NCBI GenBank assembly: GCA_027036135.1
Contig: JALVSY010000016.1
Coordinates: 352,001-416,000, forward strand
From: Pyrodictiaceae archaeon
GTDB lineage: Archaea > Thermoproteota > Thermoprotei_A > Sulfolobales > Pyrodictiaceae
DNA length: 64,000 nt
Reading direction: 5' to 3'
Under the pieces are notes generated by a model that saw only the letters and a list, made by a program, of their open reading frames with translations, ran no database searches and was not told the origin of the DNA. Shown one piece after another: positions 8,789-19,360 of the stretch (positions are counted from its first letter, which is position 1; each line of letters begins with the position of its first letter). Made by a program: the position numbers and the translations under genes.

Positions 8789-11329
8789 TCAAGTCTTTAG
8801 TTTCTCAACACTAACCACTACATCGCATTGATTCGCTCTTCCTCCTTCCTCCAAAGAAACGGTATCGAAGGATGCAAGCATGTTGGTGTTGGTTCCGTAG
8901 CCTCCTCCCCAAGAGAACAGCTTTACTTCATAAGTCCCTCCATTAATGGACTCTATCGTGAGCTTGATTCGGCGTCCTGGATTAGTTGCGTGCGCGCCTA
9001 GGATTACTAGAGGATGTACTGTACTCGTCAGTCTTGCTTTGGCTATGATTTCTCCTCCAGGCCCTTGTATACGAACAAGGTCCCCATCCTTGATGCCGAG
9101 TTTACGTGCTCTATCTTTGTGTATGAGTACGCCGTCGAACTTCCTCCAGTTCAGTGATGAAACAACTAGTCTAGAGAATCTTATCCACATATTTGCAGCG
9201 GTCATCTGATCCATTGTATCAACAGCAATGAACTCGTTTGCTGAGAGCTTTTGTTTTGTCATCATCCAGCGCGGTGGTATCCAAACTGGAAGCGGGTTCA
9301 TTAAGGAACTCTTACCTATATAATCTTTAAATTCTTGTAGTGCCTTAACGCTGATAAGCTCTATTTCCCCTGTTACTGATGGCAGGTATTTGCCTTTCAG
9401 CGGATGGTATATCGGCTTGCTGCGAAGAATAACAATACCCTTATCTAGCAACTCCTTGGGATTTATGCCAAGTAGCTGTGCCTGCTTAATCCAGATACTT
9501 CTTGGGTCCTCTAATGCCTCGTACTTAGAGGCATTGGCGGGATCGATTCTCTTCCCTATCTCTGCTATTATCCACCAGCCTGGCTTTGCATCAATACCTG
9601 GCGGTGGATCAATTACTTTCTCTAGAATACCTATTTCGCCTATATCCACCTTGCTTGGTGTATACAAGGTTATTGAGTCTTGCTCAAAGGGCATGGTTAT
9701 CGGCAATACTAGGTCTGCCCACGGCGTTGTCTCGTTATGTGCAACATCTATTACAACCACGAATTCAGCGTTCTTTAGAGCCTCTATTGCCTTACTAGAT
9801 CCTTGTGAATGCGCAACAACGTTCTCATTAAATATTATGACCATTTTATACTTCTTCGGCTTGCCCTCTAGGAGAGACTTTAGCGCTAGGTGGCTAAAGC
9901 ATTTGGGCTGTACTAGCTTAACAACTCCTTGATCAAGCCAATACTTATATAACGGTTCTCCCTGCGGCCCGTGTCCCTTTATTCCCAGTATCTTGAAAGG
10001 CGATGGAATCTTGGGCTTATATGGCCAAGCTATTCCGCCTTTAGCTCCTATCGCCCCTATAAGCGCGTTAATTATGTGTTTTACTCTGAAGAACATTGCC
10101 TCATTATAGTATCTAGCAGCTTTGTAACCAGTATCTATAAAGGCCCTTGGTGCCTGGTTAGCTAGTCTTTTCGCAACATACTCTATCTCACTTGCAGGTA
10201 CCCCTGTTATGCCTTCAGCCCATTGAGGAGTATATTGTTTTACTTGGTCCCAGAGAAGGGAAAGAACAGTCTTAACTGGCCTGCCATTATACTCGCCCTC
10301 CCACATAAGGGCTGGCTCTGTAGCTGTGGTCTTCCATGTGATCTTTCCGGTTCCTTCATCGTATACTAGGTAGTCTTTTTTACCCTTCCAGGATGGGTGG
10401 TCTCTAAGACCAACAGGCTCTATGGTATCAGTATATATTAGCATAGGTGCATTAGTGTACTTTACAAGGTACTCGCTATTGTAGAGCTTATCCCTAAGGA
10501 TTACATGTATGATTGCTAGTCCTATCGCCAGGTCAGTTCCAGGAGGAATTATGTAGTATCTATGAGCTAGTGATGTTAGTCTTGTCTCTCTAACATCAAA
10601 TACTATTATTTCGAGACCATCTTCCTTTCCTACGCTGAATGATTTCGTCCATGGGGTTGCAACTATGCCCTCAACAGGGTTTCTACCCATAAATACTACT
10701 AGCTTGGCGTGCTCGTAATCTGGCCTAAACGCGCCGGGGCCCATTAGTTTCCCGAATACAAACCAAGAAGATATATCGAGCCCGGTATGACATGTATCAC
10801 AGTGCTCGGTTACATTAGGTGTTCCAACGATACTCTTCATAAACTCCTTGAATAATCCAGCCTCTGTACCCTTGTGCGCAAAAACTATTATCTCGTCGGG
10901 GCGGTACTCTTTGAGCTTCTTAACTAATAGAGCTAGAGCTTCCTCCCAAGTGATCTCACGGAATTTTCCCTCGCCGCGTTTCCCTACTCTTATTAGGGGT
11001 TTACGTATTCTCTCCGGTACAAATCGCATCTCAAAGAGCGTTTGTGGCCTACCACAAGTAGCAAAATAATCGTCGTAGCCAGGTATAGTATTATGGACTA
11101 TTTTTACTATCCTATAGCCATCTACGTATACCTTTAGGGGGCATTTTTGCCCACATATATAGCACATAGTTTTCTTGACAGTGATGTTGCTCGAAGTCTT
11201 TCTGAGTTGTTCGAGCCTTAGTATTTTCTTAGGTTTTTTCTTGTAAAGCGGCACGAGTTCTGCAAGCGCTGCAGCGCTTGCAGCAGCCGCACTAAGCTTG
11301 AGGAATTCTCGGCGTGAGTATTTCGTCAA
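8789..11329 (-). CDS. Tat-exported Mo/W-bis-PGD oxidoreductase catalytic subunit (polysulfide/thiosulfate reductase-like)
   Basis: SRREFLK twin-arginine signal, CYICGQKC Fe-S motif, ITWEEAL, Cys-containing HCDTCH segment, ADLVLP. Confidence 0.9.
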   Translation of the reverse strand: MTKYSRREFLKLSAAAASAAALAELVPLYKKKPKKILRLEQLRKTSSNITVKKTMCYICGQKCPLKVYVDGYRIVKIVHNTIPGYDDYFATCGRPQTLFEMRFVPERIRKPLIRVGKRGEGKFREITWEEALALLVKKLKEYRPDEIIVFAHKGTEAGLFKEFMKSIVGTPNVTEHCDTCHTGLDISSWFVFGKLMGPGAFRPDYEHAKLVVFMGRNPVEGIVATPWTKSFSVGKEDGLEIIVFDVRETRLTSLAHRYYIIPPGTDLAIGLAIIHVILRDKLYNSEYLVKYTNAPMLIYTDTIEPVGLRDHPSWKGKKDYLVYDEGTGKITWKTTATEPALMWEGEYNGRPVKTVLSLLWDQVKQYTPQWAEGITGVPASEIEYVAKRLANQAPRAFIDTGYKAARYYNEAMFFRVKHIINALIGAIGAKGGIAWPYKPKIPSPFKILGIKGHGPQGEPLYKYWLDQGVVKLVQPKCFSHLALKSLLEGKPKKYKMVIIFNENVVAHSQGSSKAIEALKNAEFVVVIDVAHNETTPWADLVLPITMPFEQDSITLYTPSKVDIGEIGILEKVIDPPPGIDAKPGWWIIAEIGKRIDPANASKYEALEDPRSIWIKQAQLLGINPKELLDKGIVILRSKPIYHPLKGKYLPSVTGEIELISVKALQEFKDYIGKSSLMNPLPVWIPPRWMMTKQKLSANEFIAVDTMDQMTAANMWIRFSRLVVSSLNWRKFDGVLIHKDRARKLGIKDGDLVRIQGPGGEIIAKARLTSTVHPLVILGAHATNPGRRIKLTIESINGGTYEVKLFSWGGGYGTNTNMLASFDTVSLEEGGRANQCDVVVSVEKLKT

Positions 11330-11339
11330 GTCTTTATCT

Positions 11340-11460
11340 CCATATCTTATGTCTAATTATTGGAGTATTTAAAGACTAATTTGGATATATTCGAATATTT
11401 TGTGAGTAATTTATTATGTGGTGATTTTTATATGATATATCATAAATAGTATTAAGAGTT
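11340..11460. promoter_or_regulatory. AT-rich divergent promoter region with two palindromes
   Basis: Perfect palindromes ATATTCGAATAT (11387-11398) and TATGATATATCATA (11431-11444) between divergent genes. Confidence 0.4.
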
Positions 11461-11480
11461 CTCGTCCCTTCTATCACTTA

Positions 11481-12903
11481 TTGGGGCTTGGTGCAAGAAG
11501 AGCTATGTTTAGGATAATTGTTCGTGCAGGTAAGGATGCAGCTGCTGTGCATGCGGCCCTAGAGAGGTTTTACCAGGGCTGGGGCATAGATGTAGATACT
11601 CTGCGTGGTGCTCGCAGCGTAGATGATATGCTTACCCGTATCTGGGAGTTCTTCGACAAAGACCCCCATAGGTTAATGATTCTTCTCCTAGGACGCGAGG
11701 ATGCAAGCAAACTCCACGGGATCGAGGAGAAGGCTCCTCCAACGCTCTTTGCGCATGTTGTTCCACGTAGCAAGGTTAGGAATGCGCGACTAGAGCTAAT
11801 CGCGGCAGAGATAGCAAGGGCTCGGGCCAAGATAAGGCTGCGCACAGCATGGGATGGGGGGGCGGAGGGTCTTTGTCTTTACTGGGCGCGGCGAGCCCTT
11901 AGAGAGACTTAGCTATGAGCCTAGCTTCGAAGCCTTCATAGGCATTGGTGCTTTCCCGCGCCTAGTCGAATTGCTTAGCGGTGGGCGTATCGGTGAGAAC
12001 CCCCTAGTACTCCGTACTCATGGAGGCCTCCACCTCGTCTATAACGGACCCAGTGTGCGCGCCGAGCTCGAGATAAGCGACACTGGGCTCGCGCCAAGGG
12101 CCCGGATACTAGGCGGAGAAGCCGTAGACGTGAGCCTTAACTCACTTATCGAGGCTAACCGCGGCTATATCGATATCCTCGAAGAGGCCTCGGCCCAGTT
12201 CCTTAGAAGCCTTGGCGAATTCGACACGGTCATAGTGCCGTGGAGTGGTGGAAAGGATAGCACAGCCGCGCTATTATTAGCTATCAAGATCTATGGAGCG
12301 GAGAAGGTTACTGCGCTCTATGTGGACACGGGCACAGAGTTCCCGGTCACGAGGCACTATGTGCGCCAAGTCGCGGACAAGCTAGGCATAAGGCTCGTAG
12401 AAGCCTATGCTGGCCTAGACAAGGCGCTGAGAAACGGGATGCCCCTACCAAGCCACAATAACCGATGGTGTACAGGTCTCAAAATAGAGACCATTGAGCG
12501 CAAAGTGCGCGAACTAGCACGGGGACGAGCACTCCTAGTAATAGGCGATAGAGACGCAGAGTCGCCTAGGCGGAGCAATAGGCCACCAATACGCCAAGGC
12601 CCAGCAAGCAATGTCCTAGCCGTGGCCCCCCTCAAGCTATGGAGCGCGGCCCATATACAGCTATACATCCTATCAAAAGGCCTACCTCTTAACCCCATGT
12701 ATCTAGCAGGCTTCTATCGCATAGGTTGCTACATGTGCCCAGCTCTACGTAGCTGGGAGATACTATCTCTCAGCACTGATAAGAAGACGTACATAAGGCT
12801 ACTCAAGAGCCCCATTTTCCGCTCATTCATATCCCATAGGCTAAGGAGGCACTACAAGACACCCCTAGAAGAGGAATGCCCACTGGAAGGTATGTGCTCG
12901 TAG
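11481..12903 (+). pseudogene. PAPS-reductase-family protein split by a +1 frameshift (real or sequencing error)
   Basis: ORFs 11481-11912 and 11854-12903 join as ..AWDGGRRVFVF.. if one G is removed from the G7 run at 11856-11862. SGGKDS, VDTG.EFP, RWCT and GFYRIGCYMCP motifs. Confidence 0.8.
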
Positions 12904-12957
12904 ATCCAGGAAAGAAAATAGCCCAGGGAAGCAGGCTAAGAAACCTAGGTAATGGTG

Positions 12958-13030
12958 GTGCTGATAATCCCTGTTACTCGGAGCCCCTGAGGGGCGGGGG
13001 GCTGTGAAGACTTCAGCGGCGACTGAGAAT
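12958..13030 (+). ncRNA. Candidate box C/D sRNA
   Basis: C-like CTGATAA at 12961, D' CTGA at 12987, C' GTGAAGA at 13004, D CTGA at 13023; intergenic. Confidence 0.4.
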
Positions 13031-13166
13031 CATTCTATACCATGATAGCAGGGCTATAGTTTCGGGCCACCCAGCGGCCAAGGCCTTATGAGAGGCTCTG
13101 CACCAGAGTACGCTTAGAGGAGGAAGCTCCTGCACCTCTCTTAGTCCGTTTGGAGTGGGTAACGAG

Positions 13167-15371
13167 ATGAGCACAGAGTACGCTGACATGCCTAGAGGAG
13201 TTGTGGATGTCCTTAGGCTGCTTGGTATAAGGGAGCTTTTCCCTGTCCAAGAGAAGGCTATCAAGGCTGGTCTCCTTGATGGTACTAGTGTCGTGGTTTC
13301 GTCTCCTACGGGTTCTGGTAAGAGCCTCGTAGCCCTCATGGCTGCTGCTAATACCTTGTCTCGCCTACCTGGTTGCCGTGTTGTATACGCGGCTCCTCTG
13401 CGCAGCCTCGTCTACGAGAGGGCTTCTGAGTGGCGCCGGGTCCTTGGTTCCCTGGGGTACCGTGTCGCGGTCTCAACGGGGGACTATGACAGGGTTGAGC
13501 CCTGGCTGGGCGAAGCCGACGCTGTCATGGTTACTTACGAGAAGCTTGACTCATTGATAAGGCATGGGGCTCCATGGCTTCGGCGCGTATGCTTACTTGT
13601 TGTTGACGAGATTCACTACGTCGGGGATGCTAAGCGCGGCCCTGTCCTCGAGACAGTTATAGCTAGGATGATGAGGCTTAACAAAGAGATGCAAGTAGTT
13701 GCTCTCAGCGCTACCATAGTCAATGCAGAGGAGATAGCGGAGTGGCTTGGAGCACGCCTCGTTAGGAGCGAGTGGAGGCCGGTCCCGCTGAGAGAAGGCG
13801 TGCTCCACGGCGCGACCATTTACTGGGGGGATGGCGAGGAGCAGCGTGTGGAGAAGCTATCCCGGAACCCGAGCATAGATGCCGCCTTGGATGCTGTTTC
13901 TCGGGGAGGCCAGGCGATAGTATTTACGCAGTCTAGGCGGAAGACGCTAGAACTCGCGGAGAAGCTACTAGCCTACCTAAGGCGCGATAGTCGCGCCAAG
14001 AGGCTCATGGTTCCTGGCAACGTGGAGGAGTATGTGGAGGAGCTGCGTTCACGTAGCGAGCACTTAGAGCTAAACACGAAACTAGCGGAACTGTTGCAAA
14101 ACGGGCTGGGGATACACCACGCGGGGCTAGCTAGTTATCAGAGAGACGTGGTGGAGAGAGCGTTCCGGTCACGCGTGATAAAGGTGATATTCGCTACTCC
14201 GACGCTGGCTGCGGGCGTTAACCTACCTGCTCGCAGAGTCGTTGTTGATAGTCTTTACCGCTATGGCGGGGGAGGCTCTAAGCCAATAACAGTCATGGAG
14301 TACAAGCAGCTAGCTGGTAGAGCGGGTAGACCAGGCCTGGACGAGCACGGAGAAGCAGTCATTGTTGCTCGTAGCTCGGAGCAGGCATGGAGCTTCCTAT
14401 TCAAGTATGTTCGTGGCACACCGGAGCCCATAGAGTCGAAGCTGGCATCAGAGGCTTCTCTACGCTCCCAGCTCCTAGCAGTAATCGCGGGTCTAGGGGA
14501 GGCTAGTGAGGAGGAGATAATAGGTGTCTTCGAGGAAACCCTCTACGCTAAACAGTTCGGCAATCCGCGTCATGCTGTTGAGCGTGTATTGTTGCAGCTA
14601 GAGGACTACGGGTTCGTAGAGGAGCCAAGCACCAGTATCTACCGAGCAACGCGTATTGGTAGAAGAGTCACGGAGCTATACATAGACCCGCTAACAGCTT
14701 ACCGAATGATAAGAGGTTTGAGGAGAATAACTAGCCCCGAGACAATGCTCCCAGAGCTACTAACGCTTATCCTATGGAGCCCTGACGCAGTCCACCTACG
14801 CCCGCCTAGGAGCCTACACCTAGAGCTAGAAGCAGAGGCCGAGGATATACTAAACATGCTCGGCTTCGAGTACCCCCAAGACTACACAGAGATGGATGTA
14901 GCGATAGCCGCTAAGGCTCTCTACACTGCGCAGGCCCTCATAGACTGGGTCAACGAGGTACCCGAGGACACAATACTAGCAAAGTACGGCGTCGACCCGG
15001 GAGACCTCAGAGCAGTCGTTGAGACAAGTGCCTGGCTAGCCTACTCAGCATCGCAACTAGCACTACTAGACAACAACCCGTCAGCAAGCTTCCTGCAAGA
15101 CTTATCAGAGATGATAAAGCATGGTGTGAAGAGAGAGCTACTAGAGCTCGTAAAGCTACCAGGCATAGGCAGGGTAAGAGCACGCCTCCTCTATGAGCAC
15201 GGCTATACGAGCCCAGAGCAGCTGGCAGGGCTCACGCCCGAGCAACTAGCAGCAATGCTCAAGGGGCTCGGTGAGAAAAGAGCGAGAGAGGTAATAGAGA
15301 AGGCTAGGGCAGAGCCTCGTAAGCCTAGGAGGAGAGGCGACATCTTTAGCTACCTAGGGGGCAGTGGGTAA
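13167..15371 (+). CDS. hel308: Ski2-like DNA helicase Hel308/Hjm
   Basis: PTGSGKS, DEIH, LSAT, HHAGL, TPTLAAGVNLPA, QLAGRAGRP motifs; C-terminal HhH (LPGIGRVRAR). Confidence 0.95.
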   Translation: MSTEYADMPRGVVDVLRLLGIRELFPVQEKAIKAGLLDGTSVVVSSPTGSGKSLVALMAAANTLSRLPGCRVVYAAPLRSLVYERASEWRRVLGSLGYRVAVSTGDYDRVEPWLGEADAVMVTYEKLDSLIRHGAPWLRRVCLLVVDEIHYVGDAKRGPVLETVIARMMRLNKEMQVVALSATIVNAEEIAEWLGARLVRSEWRPVPLREGVLHGATIYWGDGEEQRVEKLSRNPSIDAALDAVSRGGQAIVFTQSRRKTLELAEKLLAYLRRDSRAKRLMVPGNVEEYVEELRSRSEHLELNTKLAELLQNGLGIHHAGLASYQRDVVERAFRSRVIKVIFATPTLAAGVNLPARRVVVDSLYRYGGGGSKPITVMEYKQLAGRAGRPGLDEHGEAVIVARSSEQAWSFLFKYVRGTPEPIESKLASEASLRSQLLAVIAGLGEASEEEIIGVFEETLYAKQFGNPRHAVERVLLQLEDYGFVEEPSTSIYRATRIGRRVTELYIDPLTAYRMIRGLRRITSPETMLPELLTLILWSPDAVHLRPPRSLHLELEAEAEDILNMLGFEYPQDYTEMDVAIAAKALYTAQALIDWVNEVPEDTILAKYGVDPGDLRAVVETSAWLAYSASQLALLDNNPSASFLQDLSEMIKHGVKRELLELVKLPGIGRVRARLLYEHGYTSPEQLAGLTPEQLAAMLKGLGEKRAREVIEKARAEPRKPRRRGDIFSYLGGSG

Positions 15372-15437
15372 GCAGGAGACACGGAGGCTTCTCGTAACAC
15401 AGGTTTATGAAGGGCCTTGTTTCACCTTATTTATTTA

Positions 15438-15506
15438 GGGCTATGAAGTGACCGCCAGTGACCGAGGCCCAGGAATCGATGACGATAGCTTCGCCGACCC
15501 GAGCCC
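15438..15506 (+). ncRNA. Candidate box C/D sRNA
   Basis: Terminal stem GGGC/GCCC, C-like ATGAAGT, D' CCGA (15462), C' ATGACGA (15479), D CCGA (15499); guides of 12-13 nt. Confidence 0.5.
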
Positions 15507-15537
15507 TCCCTATGCTTTGAGCGAGGAGGAGCAATAG

Positions 15538-16500
15538 TTGGTTAGGGAGGATCTTGTCTTCGGCCCAGTTTACTCTAGGCGCCTTGGCTTATCGCTCGGC
15601 GTCAACAATATACCGTACAAGTACTGTAGCTACACTTGTATCTACTGCCAGCTCGGCAGAACGATCAAGCTAACCATTGACAGAAAACCCTTTAGCAATC
15701 CAGGAGAAATAGTAGCTGCCGTTGAGGCCAAACTGGCTGAAATAGATAGGTTTGATTATGTTAGTTTCGTGCCTGATGGAGAACCGACCCTTGACGCAAT
15801 GCTTGGCAAGGACATAGAGTTGCTGAAGAGCAGGCTAGGTGTACGCGTAGCCGTATTAAGCAACGCTTCTCTTCTATGGATTAGGGATGTCCGCGAGGAT
15901 CTTAGTGGAGCTGACGTGGTCTCTGTAAAAATAGATGCCGGTGACCCGGAGACGTGGAGGAGAATAGATAGGCCTCACCCCGCGCTCCGCTTCGACAAGG
16001 TAGTTGAGGGAATTCTTCTCTTCCGGGATGAGTATGGGGGCCGGTTGATAACCGAGACGATGCTCGTTAAGGGAGTGAATGACAGCCTTGATGTCCTCGA
16101 GGAAACGGCTAGGCTAATTGCCGAGGTGAGGCCGGCTAAGGCATACATAATGGTGCCTGTTAGGCCGCCGGCAGAGCCCTGGGTTAAGCCAGCGAGTGCA
16201 GAGGCCCTGGTAGCGTTATACAACATGCTTCGGAGCAGGGGCGTTGATGCCGAGATACTGGGTAAGCCAGAGCCGCCTCCCCCGCCGCCTAGCGAGGACC
16301 CGATTCGTTTCGTGGTTGCTACTGTGGCTGTTCATCCTCTCCGAAAGAGCTACGTAGCTAGGCTCTTCGAGGACAAGGGTCTAGACGTTGAGGAGGCTTT
16401 CAGAGTGCTACGTGAGAGATATGGTGTTGAGGAGGCTGTGTTCCAGGGAGAGGTTTTCCTGGTTAGGAGACCCGTTAAGAGCAGAACCAACAAGCAATAG
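15538..16500 (+). CDS. Radical SAM protein (COG0731, TYW1-related family)
   Basis: FGPVYSRRLGLSLGVN, CSYTCIYC and GEPTL motifs. Confidence 0.9.
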   Translation: MVREDLVFGPVYSRRLGLSLGVNNIPYKYCSYTCIYCQLGRTIKLTIDRKPFSNPGEIVAAVEAKLAEIDRFDYVSFVPDGEPTLDAMLGKDIELLKSRLGVRVAVLSNASLLWIRDVREDLSGADVVSVKIDAGDPETWRRIDRPHPALRFDKVVEGILLFRDEYGGRLITETMLVKGVNDSLDVLEETARLIAEVRPAKAYIMVPVRPPAEPWVKPASAEALVALYNMLRSRGVDAEILGKPEPPPPPPSEDPIRFVVATVAVHPLRKSYVARLFEDKGLDVEEAFRVLRERYGVEEAVFQGEVFLVRRPVKSRTNKQ

Positions 16501-16525
16501 ATTCTAATGAAAAGTTTTTGTAGAA

Positions 16526-17908
16526 GTGGCTCCTCCATGTCTCTTGGTGAAGAAGGTGGCGGCCATCAAGGAGGTCAAACCAGTTAGAGAACTACGCCGC
16601 GTAGGCGCTCACAGCCATATACGTGGACTAGGCCTAGACGAGAAAGGCAGAGCCAAGTTCATAGCAGACGGTATGGTTGGGCAGACGGAGGCACGAGAAG
16701 CAGCAGGAATAGTAGTCCAGATGATTAGAGAGGGCAAGATGGCTGGCCGTGGCGTACTCCTAGTAGGTCCCTCTGGGACAGGTAAGACAGCGATAGCGGT
16801 CGGTATAGCCAAGGAGCTAGGAGAGGACACCCCGTTCGTGGCAATGAGCGGCGCGGAGATCTATAGCAGCGAGATGAAGAAGACAGAGATACTCATGCAA
16901 GCAATAAGGAAATCAATAGGTGTGCGTATTAAGGAGAAACGCCTCGTATACGAGGGCGTTGTATCGAAGATAAGAATAGCTTATGTGAAGCACCCTTACA
17001 ATCCCTACGTGAGGGTCCCAAGGGAAGCAGAGATAGCGCTCGAGACAAGGGACGATAGCTTAACCCTACGCGTAGGCGAGGAGGTAGCGGCCCAGCTCCT
17101 ACAGCTCCGTGTCCGCAAAGGAGACGTGATATGGATTGACGCGGAGACTGGTGAGGTTCACAAGACCGGGAGAGTGTGCAAGGAGAAGCAATACGATGTA
17201 ACAGCTTACCGGTGCGTAGAGGAGCCAAGCGGCCCTGTCAAGAAGGAGAAAGAAATAGTCTACACGCTAACCCTCCACGACCTCGATCTCAGCCTTGCAG
17301 CCCAGAGAGCAGCTTTCGCAACACTACTAGGCGTGCCCATGACTAGGGAGATTCCGAGCGAGGTAAGGCAGCGAGTAGACGAGGAGGTAAAGAAGCTAAT
17401 CGAGAGCGGCAAGGCAGAGCTAATGCCTGGAGTATTATTCATAGATGACGCGCACATGCTCGACATAGAGGCCTTTAGCTTCCTAACCAGGGCAATGGAG
17501 AGCGAGATGAGCCCCATACTAATCCTGGCAACGAATAGAGGAGTAACAAAGATACGTGGAACAGACATAGAGTCGCCTCACGGTATACCCCTAGACCTCC
17601 TAGACCGCCTACTAATAATAAGGACGAGGCCATACAATGCCGACGAGATCAAGGAGATACTGCGCATAAGAGCAGACGAGGAAGACATCCCACTAAGCGA
17701 GGAGGCACTAGAGGAGCTAACAAAGATCGGTGTCGAGAGGAGCCTAAGATACGCAGTCCAGCTCATGGAGCCAGCCAGGATACTAGCAGAGAGAGAAGGA
17801 AGAACAAAAGTAACAGCAGAGGACGTAAAGAAAGCAGCAACATACTTCGTAGACATAAAGGAGAGCATAAAGTACGTACAAGAATACGAGGAGAAGTTCC
17901 TAAAGTAA
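16526..17908 (+). CDS. TIP49/RuvB-like AAA+ ATPase
   Basis: [42 protein letters not shown]. True start is probably a few codons downstream. Confidence 0.95.
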   Translation: MAPPCLLVKKVAAIKEVKPVRELRRVGAHSHIRGLGLDEKGRAKFIADGMVGQTEAREAAGIVVQMIREGKMAGRGVLLVGPSGTGKTAIAVGIAKELGEDTPFVAMSGAEIYSSEMKKTEILMQAIRKSIGVRIKEKRLVYEGVVSKIRIAYVKHPYNPYVRVPREAEIALETRDDSLTLRVGEEVAAQLLQLRVRKGDVIWIDAETGEVHKTGRVCKEKQYDVTAYRCVEEPSGPVKKEKEIVYTLTLHDLDLSLAAQRAAFATLLGVPMTREIPSEVRQRVDEEVKKLIESGKAELMPGVLFIDDAHMLDIEAFSFLTRAMESEMSPILILATNRGVTKIRGTDIESPHGIPLDLLDRLLIIRTRPYNADEIKEILRIRADEEDIPLSEEALEELTKIGVERSLRYAVQLMEPARILAEREGRTKVTAEDVKKAATYFVDIKESIKYVQEYEEKFLK

Positions 17909-17914
17909 CTAAGC

Positions 17915-19189
17915 CTAAGGGCTTTTAATAACCCATACAACAACGAGGCCACAGTAGTTACTGGGTTTCCAACTACATATGTGCCCGAGCAGTTTGCAAT
18001 CCCGCTTAGCCCACTCAGCTAGATATTTTGCTACAAGAACACGCTCTCCGCTCCTAGGATACCTTACCAGTGCACCCGGCTCTAGTTGAAGAGGCTTTAG
18101 GCCAGCTAGGTGCACGTTTACTATGTTCCTCCACTTAGCTACTCCAGTGCCGTAATCGGATTCATCGATTATAGTTACGCCTTGCTTCATATAGCTCCAA
18201 TTATATCCCGGGCTAGTACTACTAGCTGGTGACATTAATACTACCTTTGCGATACCTGTACTCTTATCGAGCAGTGTAGAGGGTGCATAGTATGATAGAA
18301 AGCCGCTCAAGTCGTAGCGCTTAACCTCTAGCTCCTGTATGAATACTTTATTGAGCCAGCCACTTTGCCACTGCTTTTCACCCGGTACAACCATGTCTAT
18401 GAAGCGGTAAATGAGCCAGAGATACCTCTTATCATTACTACTTATCTCGTATAGGACATCCTCGATATTTAGTGATCCATAAGGGATGCAATTATAGCCG
18501 ATATCTATTTGTACTAAAATATTAGTGCCGGGTAGGTGTAAACGATTCCATAGCTTGGCCTGATTAATGCCCCTTCTCAAGTATTGCAGAGTCTTATTCA
18601 CGACACTACTCAGTACATGTAATAGCTCATCCTCGCTACTCGCAATGCCTAGTATGAACACATTCCATGTTCTCTGGTTATTCGGAGGCACGTAGGAAAG
18701 GACAACTAGCTTCACTTCATTATAACTTGGCCTGGAAGTGCCTCTCGTCACAATATATAGTGGTAGCGGGTAAGCTCTAGCATGGTTATCGATTATTTCT
18801 TTAATATTGGCAAGTGTACCCACTAATACTATCGGTATCCTCTTACTAGCCACGGTGATGAAAACGTGTCTGGCCGAATTAACGGCGCTAGTAATGTTCT
18901 GAGCATCAATTAGTACAATGACGTTGTTGCCCAGCCTACCTAGCGCCCTAAGTATGTGCTCCTCTGCGCCCGGTCGTAGCTTTATAGAGGCCTTGATACC
19001 AGGTAACTTGGCCAGCTCATCGTTTGGACTTAATGTCACATAGATAATATTTACATGCTTCAATGTAATGTTTTGGTTAACTGTTTTTGGCGCCAAGCTA
19101 TTATGGTGCGCATTAATTGTCGCAATTAGGATTATTGTAGCGAGTGCGACTATAATTGTTGACGACAAGATTTTCCTAGTTTTATTCAT
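17915..19189 (-). CDS. Hypothetical secreted protein
   Basis: 424-aa ORF with signal-peptide-like N-terminus; more AT-rich than its neighbours. Confidence 0.7.
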   Translation of the reverse strand: MNKTRKILSSTIIVALATIILIATINAHHNSLAPKTVNQNITLKHVNIIYVTLSPNDELAKLPGIKASIKLRPGAEEHILRALGRLGNNVIVLIDAQNITSAVNSARHVFITVASKRIPIVLVGTLANIKEIIDNHARAYPLPLYIVTRGTSRPSYNEVKLVVLSYVPPNNQRTWNVFILGIASSEDELLHVLSSVVNKTLQYLRRGINQAKLWNRLHLPGTNILVQIDIGYNCIPYGSLNIEDVLYEISSNDKRYLWLIYRFIDMVVPGEKQWQSGWLNKVFIQELEVKRYDLSGFLSYYAPSTLLDKSTGIAKVVLMSPASSTSPGYNWSYMKQGVTIIDESDYGTGVAKWRNIVNVHLAGLKPLQLEPGALVRYPRSGERVLVAKYLAEWAKRDCKLLGHICSWKPSNYCGLVVVWVIKSP

Positions 19190-19360
19190 TTCTAGTGTCC
19201 TCGGCTAAGACTGCTTACCCAGATTTCACGATGTTTCGTCGCGTAAGCGGCTAAATATTGTGGTAAACATGGATTGTTCAGCAAGTAATAAAAATCGGAG
19301 AAGCATCATAAACCCCTCCTTCTTGTCCTCTTGGTAAGCAGAGTATTGGTTGGGGCGTTG

